A DNA stretch of 15,699 nt from Candidatus Rokuibacteriota bacterium (GTDB lineage: Bacteria; Methylomirabilota; Methylomirabilia; Rokubacteriales; DASRDR01), in assembly GCA_044866005.1 (NCBI GenBank), contig JBIOTN010000101.1:1-15699 (forward strand), in the 5' to 3' direction. A program made the translations under genes and the position numbers. Of this stretch, positions 6,348-13,526 are shown in pieces (within the stretch, counting starts at the first letter, position 1; the number at the start of each line of letters is the position of its first letter). The notes beneath the pieces were generated by a model. That model was given only the letters and a program-made list of their open reading frames with translations, was not told the origin of the DNA and did no database searches.

Positions 6348-6611
6348 ATGGTGCTACCCGTAGATCGTTCACGGCTGTGCCCGGATTGCGACGTCATCAC
6401 GGAATCGCTCATCTGTCCCGTGTGCGGCCGTGACCGGACGTTTCCCGTCGCGGCGTGGCTGAGCCCACTGAAAGCCGCGCGGCCGCCGGCTGTCGCGCAC
6501 ACGGCGGTGCGCCTGCGCCGCGAGATGATCCGCCCCGCACGCGAGCGCAGCCGCCCCGCGAACGGCCGCGTGACCACGATCGCCGCGCCCTACACGGACC
6601 GCGCCTCCTGA
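6348..6611 (+). CDS. Small zinc-ribbon protein (87 aa), CxxC-x8-CxxC with a basic C-terminal tail
   Basis: Strong SD tract GGAGGAGGAGGGAAGG before ATG 6348. Sequence [38 protein letters not shown]. Confidence 0.75.
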   Translation: MVLPVDRSRLCPDCDVITESLICPVCGRDRTFPVAAWLSPLKAARPPAVAHTAVRLRREMIRPARERSRPANGRVTTIAAPYTDRAS

Positions 6612-6702
6612 GCGCCGCAGGCAGTCGACCGGGCGGCCGTCGCCCGGTCAGCTGCCCGCGACCGCGTCCCCCCCCGCTCCTCCGGGGCGCGGCCGGCCTG
6701 CC

Positions 6703-6731
6703 TTGACGGCCGTCCGGGGAGCCGGTAGCCT
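6703..6731 (+). promoter_or_regulatory. sigma70 promoter of the hem operon
   Basis: TTGACG (6703-6708), 17 nt, TAGCCT (6726-6731). Confidence 0.65.
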
Positions 6732-6828
6732 CGACATCGCGGCCGGGACGCGCTCGGCCTGCGGCCTCGGGGCCGGTCCCGGCCTGTCGGGCGGCCGCGC
6801 GCCCCCACGGTCCCCCAGGAGGAGCCGC

Positions 6829-7851
6829 CTGCACCCGTTCCTCGCCGCCTGCCGCCGCCGTCCCACGAGCGTCACGCCGGTCTGGCTCATGCGGCAGGCC
6901 GGCCGCTACCTCGCCGAATACCGGGCGATCCGCGATCGTCTCGGCTTTCTCGAGCTGTGCAAGGACCCCGAGGCGGCCGCCGAGGTGACGCTCCTGCCGG
7001 TGGAGCGGCTCGGCGTCGACGCGGCGATCCTCTTCTCGGACATCCTCCTCATCGTCGAGCCGATGGGGGTCGGGCTCGAGTTCTCGCGCGGCGGGGGACC
7101 GGTGATCCACCGGCCGGTGCGCTCGCGAGACGACGTGGCGCGGCTCGTCGAGCGCGACCCGGCGGAGGCCCTGCCCTTCGTCTTCGAGACCGCGCGCCGG
7201 GTCCGCCGCGCCCTCGCCGACCGTGTCCCGCTGATCGGCTTCGCCGGCGCGCCGTTCACCGTGGCCTCCTACCTGATCGAGGGCGGCGCCTCGCACGACT
7301 TCCTCCGGACGAAGCGCCTCATGTGGAGCGACCCGGGCGCGTGGCACGCGCTGCTCGGCCTCCTGGCGCGGAGCACCGCCGCGTACCTGAACGGTCAGAT
7401 CGCAGGCGGCGTCCAGGCGGTTCAGCTCTTCGACTCCTGGATGGGGTGCCTGTCGCCCGACGACTATCGCGAGCACGTCCTCCCGCACACCCGGGCCGTG
7501 ATCCAGGCGCTGGCGCCGGGCGTGCCGGTGATCCACTTCGGCACCGGCACGGCGGGGCTCCTCGAGGCGCTCCGGGCCGCCGGCGGCGACGTGATCGGCC
7601 TCGACTGGCGCGTGGACCTCGGGGAGGCCTGGGCGCGCGTGGGCCACGACGTGGCGATCCAGGGCAACCTCGATCCGGCCGCGCTCCTCACGCCGCCGAG
7701 CGAGATCCGCCGGCGTGTCCAGACGATCCTCGCCCGCGCCGGCGGCCGGCCGGGCCACGTCTTCAACCTCGGCCACGGGGTGCTGCCCGAGACGCCGGTC
7801 GACCACGTGATCGCGCTGGTGGAGGCCGTGCACGAGCTGTCGGCGCGCTAA
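6829..7851 (+). CDS. hemE: Uroporphyrinogen decarboxylase (probable CTG start)
   Basis: Motifs [49 protein letters not shown] and FNLGHGV. SD AGGAGG (6817-6822) lies 6 nt before CTG 6829. The gene call is secure; the start is less certain. Confidence 0.95.
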   Translation: MHPFLAACRRRPTSVTPVWLMRQAGRYLAEYRAIRDRLGFLELCKDPEAAAEVTLLPVERLGVDAAILFSDILLIVEPMGVGLEFSRGGGPVIHRPVRSRDDVARLVERDPAEALPFVFETARRVRRALADRVPLIGFAGAPFTVASYLIEGGASHDFLRTKRLMWSDPGAWHALLGLLARSTAAYLNGQIAGGVQAVQLFDSWMGCLSPDDYREHVLPHTRAVIQALAPGVPVIHFGTGTAGLLEALRAAGGDVIGLDWRVDLGEAWARVGHDVAIQGNLDPAALLTPPSEIRRRVQTILARAGGRPGHVFNLGHGVLPETPVDHVIALVEAVHELSAR

Positions 7852-7873
7852 GCTGGCGGACGACGGAGCGCCC

Positions 7874-8821
7874 GTGTCGACCCCGCCCGACGCCGTGCTG
7901 CTCATCGCCTTCGGCGGCCCGGAGAAGGCCGAGGACGTCGGCGCCTTCCTGGCGAACGTGACGCGCGGCCGTCCCATCCCGGCCGACCGGCTGGCCGAGG
8001 TGGCGCGGCACTACCAGCGGATCGGAGGGCGCTCGCCGCTGAACGCGCTGACCTTCCGCCAGGCGGACGCGCTCCGCGCCCGGCTGCGCGCCGACGGCCT
8101 CGCGCTGCCCGTCTACGTCGGGATGCGGAACTGGACGCCCTACCTCCACGAGACCCTGGCGACGATGGCGAGCGACGGCGTCCGCGCCGCGCTCGGCCTG
8201 ATCCTCTCCGCGCACCAGACGGAGGCCTCGTGGGATCGCTACCAGCAGAACGTCGCGGAGGCGCGCGCGCGGGTCGGGCCGGCCGCCCCGGCCGTCGGGT
8301 ACGCGCCGCCGTGGTTCGACCGCCCCGGGTTCGTCCAGGCCGTCGCGGATCGGGTGCGTGCGGCCCTCGCGGCGCTGCCGCGTGACGCCCGCGCGACGGC
8401 GCCGCTCGTCTTCACCGCCCATAGCGTCCCCGTCGCGATGGCCCAGGGGTCGCCCTATGCCGCGCAGCTCGCCGCCTCCGCGCGCCTGGTCGCCGCCGCC
8501 GTCGGCCGGGGGCGCGCCGGCGGGTGGTCCATCGCCTACCAGAGCCGGAGCGGCCGGCCCGACGAGCCGTGGCTCGAGCCGGACATCGGCGACGAGATCC
8601 GGCGGCTCGGCGCTGCCGGCGCGCGCCACGTCGTCGTCGTGCCGATCGGCTTCGTCTGCGACCACGTCGAGGTCCTGTACGACCTCGACGTGGAGGCCGG
8701 CGAGGTGGCGGCGCGCGCCGGCGTGCGCCTCTCGCGGGTCGGCACGGTCGGCGACCATCCGGCGTTCATCGCGATGCTGGCCGAGCTCGTGCGGGCCGAG
8801 GTCGGCAGGGAGCCGGCATGA
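7874..8821 (+). CDS. hemH: Ferrochelatase, probably coproporphyrin III type (CpfC)
   Basis: Motifs LLIAFGGPE, HYQRIGGRSP, GMRNWTPY, FTAHS, YQSRSG...WLEPD and PIGFVCDHVEVLYDLD. Confidence 0.95.
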   Translation: MSTPPDAVLLIAFGGPEKAEDVGAFLANVTRGRPIPADRLAEVARHYQRIGGRSPLNALTFRQADALRARLRADGLALPVYVGMRNWTPYLHETLATMASDGVRAALGLILSAHQTEASWDRYQQNVAEARARVGPAAPAVGYAPPWFDRPGFVQAVADRVRAALAALPRDARATAPLVFTAHSVPVAMAQGSPYAAQLAASARLVAAAVGRGRAGGWSIAYQSRSGRPDEPWLEPDIGDEIRRLGAAGARHVVVVPIGFVCDHVEVLYDLDVEAGEVAARAGVRLSRVGTVGDHPAFIAMLAELVRAEVGREPA

Positions 8822-10305
8822 CGGCGCCGCTGCGGATCGTGGTCGTGGGGGGCGGGATCGCGGGCCTGGCCGCCGCCCACCGGCTGATCGAGGCGACGCG
8901 CGAGGCGGGGCCGCCGCTCGCCCTCACGCTCCTCGACGCCGCGGACCGGCTCGGGGGCACCATCGCGACCGAGCGGATCGACGGCTTCCTCGTCGAGCGG
9001 GGTCCCGACTCGTTCATCTCCGAGAAGCCGTGGGCGCTCGCGCTCGCGGAGCGGCTCGGCCTGGGCCCGCGCCTGCGCCGGACCGACGACCGGCACCGTC
9101 GCACCTACGTCCTGCACGGGGGGCGGCTTCACCCGCTGCCCGACGGCTTCCTCCTCCTGGCTCCGGCGCGCCTCTGGCCGATGGTGACCTCCCGCCTCTT
9201 CTCCTGGCGCGGCAAGGCGCGGATGGCGCTCGACCTCGTGCTGCCGCGCCGTCCGGCGGATGGCGACGAGAGCCTGGCGGCGTTCGTGACCCGGCGGCTC
9301 GGCCGCGAGGCGCTCGAGCGCGTCGCCGAGCCGCTCGTGGCGGGGATCTACACGGCCGACCCGGCGCGGCTGAGCCTCGCGGCGACGATGCCGCGCTTTC
9401 TCGCGCTCGAGCGCGAGCATCGGAGCCTCATCCTCGCGCTCCGCCGCCAGGCGGGCGCGCGCGAGGTGGCGGGCGCGAGCGGCGCGCGCTGGAGCCTCTT
9501 CGTGACGTTCGCCGGCGGAATGGGCGAGCTGGTCGGGGCGCTCGCGGCGCGCCTGCCGCCGGGCACGGTCCGCCTCGCGGCGCCCGTGACCGAGATCACG
9601 CGCGGGGCTCCGCACGAGGCGGCCGCCTGGCGCGTGGGGCTCGCCGACGGCACCGGACTGCCGGCCGACGGCGTCGCGCTCGCGGGGCCGGCGCCCCGCA
9701 TGGCGGGCCTGGTCCGCGGCGTGGACCCGGAGCTCGCGCGCCTGCTGGGGGGGATCGCCTACGCGTCCTCGGCCACCGTGGCTCTCGGGTACCCGCGCAC
9801 CGCCGTCCGCCACCCGCTCGACGCCTTCGGCTTCGTCGTCCCGCGGCGCGAAGGGCGCGCCGTGCTCGCCTGCACGTTCTCCAGCGTGAAGTATCCCGGC
9901 CGCGCGCCGGACGGCTTCGTCCTCCTCCGCGCGTTCCTCGGCGGCGCGCTCGGCGCCGAGGTCCTGGAAGAGGACGATCCCGCCCTGGCGCGCCGGGCGG
10001 CGGACGAGCTGGCCGCGCTCCTCGGCATCGACGGCGAGCCCGTCCTCACCCGGGTCGCCCGACACCCTGCGGCGATGCCCCAGTACGCCGTGGGGCACCT
10101 CGACCGCGTCGCCGCGCTGGACGCCCGGCTCGGCGCCCTGCCCGGGCTCGCGGTCGCCGGCGCCGCCTATCACGGCGTCGGGATCGCCGACTGCGTCCGG
10201 TCCGGCGAGGCCAGCGCGGAGCGGCTGCTCCAGGCCCTGCGCCCGGGCCCGGCGGGCGCCCCCGGCCCGCGCCCCGGCCTTGACAGCCCCCGGGGCAGCC
10301 CGTAG
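8818..10305 (+). CDS. hemY: HemY-type FAD-dependent copro/protoporphyrinogen oxidase (CgoX)
   Basis: ATGA overlap with the hemH stop. Motifs VVGGGIAGLAAA, ERGPDSF, EPLVAGIY, FGFVVP, FSSVKYPGRAP, AMPQYAVGH and GVGIADCV. Confidence 0.93.
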   Translation: MTAPLRIVVVGGGIAGLAAAHRLIEATREAGPPLALTLLDAADRLGGTIATERIDGFLVERGPDSFISEKPWALALAERLGLGPRLRRTDDRHRRTYVLHGGRLHPLPDGFLLLAPARLWPMVTSRLFSWRGKARMALDLVLPRRPADGDESLAAFVTRRLGREALERVAEPLVAGIYTADPARLSLAATMPRFLALEREHRSLILALRRQAGAREVAGASGARWSLFVTFAGGMGELVGALAARLPPGTVRLAAPVTEITRGAPHEAAAWRVGLADGTGLPADGVALAGPAPRMAGLVRGVDPELARLLGGIAYASSATVALGYPRTAVRHPLDAFGFVVPRREGRAVLACTFSSVKYPGRAPDGFVLLRAFLGGALGAEVLEEDDPALARRAADELAALLGIDGEPVLTRVARHPAAMPQYAVGHLDRVAALDARLGALPGLAVAGAAYHGVGIADCVRSGEASAERLLQALRPGPAGAPGPRPGLDSPRGSP

Positions 10306-10308
10306 AGT
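10280..10308 (+). promoter_or_regulatory. sigma70 promoter overlapping the hemY 3' end
   Basis: TTGACA (10280-10285), 17 nt, TAGAGT (10303-10308). The -10 contains the hemY stop codon TAG. Confidence 0.65.
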
Positions 10309-10321
10309 CTTGCCCACGCGA

Positions 10322-11161
10322 ATGAAGCGGTTCCGCGTCGCCCTCGTCCTCGCCCTCCTCGCCAGCTGGCCCCTCACGGCGTCCGGGCAGATGACCCAGG
10401 CCGTCACCCGGATCTTCGCCGCGCCGCCCGATCGCGTGTGGGCCATGGCGGAGTCCGTGCTCAAGAGCCTCGGCTGGAGCATCGACGAGAAGGACAAGGC
10501 CGGGGGCTGGATCCTGACCGACTCCCGGGCCGTGGACTTCAAGGACTTCGGGGTCTACGGCGAGGGGACCCGTCACAAACTCCGGGTGACCCTCCGCCCG
10601 ATGGCCGAGGGCTGGACGTCCGTGGCCGTCGAGCGCGAGCTCTACCGCGAAGAGCGGATCCTCTGGATGAAGGAGCGGAAGCCGCTCCAGACGACCGACC
10701 GGAGCATCGAGCTGACCGTGCTCGACGGCATCGCCAACAACGTCCCGGCCGTCGCCGCCGCCCCGGCGCCCACGCCCGGCGCCGCTCCCACGCCCGCGCC
10801 GGCCCCGGCGCGGCCGTCGGCGCCGGGCGGCGGCTCATCGGGCTCCGCGGTCGCCTCCCGGTCCGGCAGCCGCGGGGAGTTCACCTACAAGATCACCTAC
10901 CGGGTGACCGGGTCGGCGGGCGCCGCGCACCTCACGTACCGGAACGCCGAAGGCGGCACCGTCCAGCAGAGCGTGCGGATCCCCTGGGAGCTCTCCTTCG
11001 ACGCCAAGGGCGGCACCTTCCTCTCCGTCTCGGCGCAGAACCAGGGCGTGGCGGGCTCGGTCACCTGCGAGATCCTGCTCGACGGCGAGAGCCGGACGAC
11101 CTCGACCTCGAGCGGCGCGTACGTGATCGCCGAGTGTAGCAACTCGGCGGAGCGCAACTAG
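10322..11161 (+). CDS. Secreted two-domain protein: unknown alpha/beta N-domain, Pro/Ala linker, C-terminal MmpS-like domain
   Basis: Signal peptide MKRFRVALVLALLASWPLTASG. Linker APAPTPGAAPTPAPAP. C-domain YKITYRVTG...TY...PW...SVSAQ...VTCEILLDG...SG...AEC, with two Cys. Confidence 0.7.
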   Translation: MKRFRVALVLALLASWPLTASGQMTQAVTRIFAAPPDRVWAMAESVLKSLGWSIDEKDKAGGWILTDSRAVDFKDFGVYGEGTRHKLRVTLRPMAEGWTSVAVERELYREERILWMKERKPLQTTDRSIELTVLDGIANNVPAVAAAPAPTPGAAPTPAPAPARPSAPGGGSSGSAVASRSGSRGEFTYKITYRVTGSAGAAHLTYRNAEGGTVQQSVRIPWELSFDAKGGTFLSVSAQNQGVAGSVTCEILLDGESRTTSTSSGAYVIAECSNSAERN

Positions 11162-11197
11162 TGCGAGGCCAATCCACCTCGTCACTTGGCCTCGCAC
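11161..11197 (+). other. Perfect 12-bp stem-loop right after the stop codon
   Basis: GTGCGAGGCCAA (11161-11172) / TTGGCCTCGCAC (11186-11197), 13-nt loop, no U-tract. Confidence 0.7.
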
Positions 11198-11313
11198 CCG
11201 AGCAAGCCGGCCAGCAGGGAGGTGATCGAGCCCGCTCCAGGGAAAACCGCCATCCCGGCGTCGTCAGGTGGCTCCGAACCCCGAACCGTACCCCATATCC
11301 CCGGAGGCAGACC

Positions 11314-12525
11314 ATGCGGTTTCGACTGATCGTGCCTACGCTGGCGCTGCTGCTCGCGCTCGGCCTGCTCGCGACCCTGCCGGGCGGCGGGCTCGCCCAG
11401 CAGAAGACCCTGAAGATCGGCATGTCCATCCCCGTTACCGGCGCCGACGCGGACAGCTCGGACGCCATGATCAAGGGCGCCCAGATGGCCGTCGAGGAGG
11501 TCAACCAGAAGGGCGGCGCCGGCGGCCACAAGTTTGAGCTGGTGGTCTACGACAGCGCCACCCCGGCGGCGGGCCAGTACGACCCCGCTCAGGCGGCGAC
11601 GAACTACCGGAAGTTCATCGGCGACTCGAGCGTCGTGGCCGCGGTCGGGACGATGATGAGCGGCGAAGGGAAGGCGATCTCGCCGATCATCAGCGAAGCC
11701 GACATGGCCACGATCTCGCAGAGCGCCACCAACCCCGACATCACCGATCCCAAGTTCAAAGAGCAGTACCGGCCCAAGGGCAAGGCGGTCTTCTTCCGCA
11801 ACGTGACGACCGACGCCTACCAGGGCCCCAACATGGCCAACTACGCGTATCACAAGCTCAACGTCCGCAAGGTCTACGTGCTGGACGACAGCGGGGCGTT
11901 CGGCGTGGGGATCGCCGATTCCTTCAGCCGCCGGGCGAAAGAGCTGGGGATGATCCTCCTCGGGCGGGACCAGCTCAACCCCAAGGAGGCCGACTACAAG
12001 ACGATCCTCACGAAGATCAAGGGGATGAACCCCGACGCCATCTACTATGGCGGCGTCCAGCAAGCGGCGGTGAAGCTCGCGCGCCAGGCGCACGAAATCG
12101 TGCCGAAGGTGATCCGGCTCGGCTCCGACGGCATCTACGACCTCTCCTTCCCCGAGCAGTCAGGGAAGGACGCGGCAGAGGGCTGGTACGCGACCAACGC
12201 GTCGCCCGAGATGCTGACCGATCCCAAGGCGCAGGAGTGGATCAACAAGTTCAAGTCCAAGTACAAGAGGGAGCCGACCAACTACTCCATCACCGCCTAC
12301 TATGGGGTGGTCGTCATCGCCGACGCGGTCGGCCGGGTGGCGAAGGCCGGCAAGACGGTGAATCGCTCGACGGTGCGTGACGCGGTCCAGCAGACCAAGC
12401 TGTCCAACACGCTCCTCGGCACCATCGCGTACGACGAGAACGGCGACATCAAGACGAAGGTGATCTCCGTCTACCAGGTGAAGGACGGCAAGTTCAAGTA
12501 CATCGGGGCCGCGCCCGAGAAGTAG
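11314..12525 (+). CDS. livK: Branched-chain amino acid (HAAT) ABC transporter substrate-binding protein
   Basis: SD GGAGG before ATG 11314, then a signal peptide. Motifs LKIG...PVTG, GAQMAVEEVNQKGG, SATNPDIT, FFR...DAYQG, DDSGAFGVGIA and GTIAYDENGD. The substrate is not determined. Confidence 0.9.
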   Translation: MRFRLIVPTLALLLALGLLATLPGGGLAQQKTLKIGMSIPVTGADADSSDAMIKGAQMAVEEVNQKGGAGGHKFELVVYDSATPAAGQYDPAQAATNYRKFIGDSSVVAAVGTMMSGEGKAISPIISEADMATISQSATNPDITDPKFKEQYRPKGKAVFFRNVTTDAYQGPNMANYAYHKLNVRKVYVLDDSGAFGVGIADSFSRRAKELGMILLGRDQLNPKEADYKTILTKIKGMNPDAIYYGGVQQAAVKLARQAHEIVPKVIRLGSDGIYDLSFPEQSGKDAAEGWYATNASPEMLTDPKAQEWINKFKSKYKREPTNYSITAYYGVVVIADAVGRVAKAGKTVNRSTVRDAVQQTKLSNTLLGTIAYDENGDIKTKVISVYQVKDGKFKYIGAAPEK

Positions 12526-12541
12526 GCGGCACGCCGGGCCG

Positions 12542-12580
12542 CCGGGCGGACGGGCCCGCGCCGTCCGCCCGTCCGCCCGG
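12542..12580 (+). other. Intercistronic 14-bp GC-rich stem-loop
   Basis: CCGGGCGGACGGGC (12542-12555) / GCCCGTCCGCCCGG (12567-12580). Confidence 0.75.
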
Positions 12581-12596
12581 ACACGGCCCCCTCTCC

Positions 12597-13526
12597 GTGA
12601 GCCTCTTCGACGTCCTCCTCCAGCAGGTCATCAACGGTCTCGCCCTGGGGCTGATGTACGCCCTGCTCGCCCTCGGGTTCACGATGGTCTACGGGATCAT
12701 CGAGCTCATCAACTTCGCGCACTTCAGCGTCTTCATGACCGGGACCTTCGTGGGGTTGACCGTGCTGAACGCCCTGGGCCTCACCGGCTCGTCGGCCGCT
12801 CTCGTGGGGCCGGCGCTGGTCGGGACGCTGCTCTTCGTGTTCGCGGTCACGATGGCGGCGACCGGACTGCTCGGAGTCGTTATCGAGCGCGTGTGCCTCC
12901 GTCCCATGCGGAACGTCTCGGGCACGGCGCCGATGATCACGACCATCGGCGTCGCCTTCATCCTCATCAACCTCGTGCTCATGATCTGGGGCCCACAGAC
13001 CCGGCCGTTTCCTGAGATCATTCCCGACCGGCGGTGGCTGATCGGCCGGGCCGAGGTGACGCTCAAGCAAGGGCTGCTCGCGGTCGTCGGGATCGTCCTC
13101 ATGGTGGCCTTAAACCACCTGGTCCAGCGGACGGCGCTGGGGAAGGCGATGCGCGCGACGGCCCAGGACATGGACGCGGCGAAGATGATGGGCGTGGACG
13201 TGGACCGCATCATCATCCTCACGTTCTTCCTGGGCTCGGCCCTGGCCGGAGCCGGCAGCCTCTTCTTCGGCTTCTACTACGGCTTCACGGGCTTCTACAT
13301 CGGCTACACGACGGGTCTTCGCGCCTTCACCTCGGCCGTGCTCGGCGGGATCGGCAACATCCCGGGCGCGGTCCTCGGCGGCCTGATGATCGGGCTTCTC
13401 CAGTCGCTCGGAGGCCAGCTCCTCGAGGTCCGCTGGACCGACGTCATCATCTTCTCGATCCTCATCATGGTCCTCGTCTTCCGCCCGACCGGCCTGTTCG
13501 GCGTGCAGGCGCCCCAGAAGGCGTGA
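12597..13526 (+). CDS. livH: HAAT ABC transporter permease
   Basis: Motifs QQVINGLALGLMYALLALGFTMVYGIIELINFAH, LGKAMRATAQD, AFTSAVLGGIGNIPGA and RPTGLFG. Confidence 0.93.
   Translation: MSLFDVLLQQVINGLALGLMYALLALGFTMVYGIIELINFAHFSVFMTGTFVGLTVLNALGLTGSSAALVGPALVGTLLFVFAVTMAATGLLGVVIERVCLRPMRNVSGTAPMITTIGVAFILINLVLMIWGPQTRPFPEIIPDRRWLIGRAEVTLKQGLLAVVGIVLMVALNHLVQRTALGKAMRATAQDMDAAKMMGVDVDRIIILTFFLGSALAGAGSLFFGFYYGFTGFYIGYTTGLRAFTSAVLGGIGNIPGAVLGGLMIGLLQSLGGQLLEVRWTDVIIFSILIMVLVFRPTGLFGVQAPQKA

Noticed and set aside
6703..6828. 42-aa N-terminal extension of HemE from TTG 6703
   Set aside because: It is low-complexity and not HemE-like, and the TTG is part of a -35 hexamer.
8524..8817. Extended HemY start at 8524; similarly the ORF-track starts at 10280, 11161, 13034 and 6309
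   Set aside because: These overlap upstream genes or promoters. Better starts with an SD, a stop-start overlap or a signal peptide exist at 8818, 10322, 11314, 13523/13538 and 6348.
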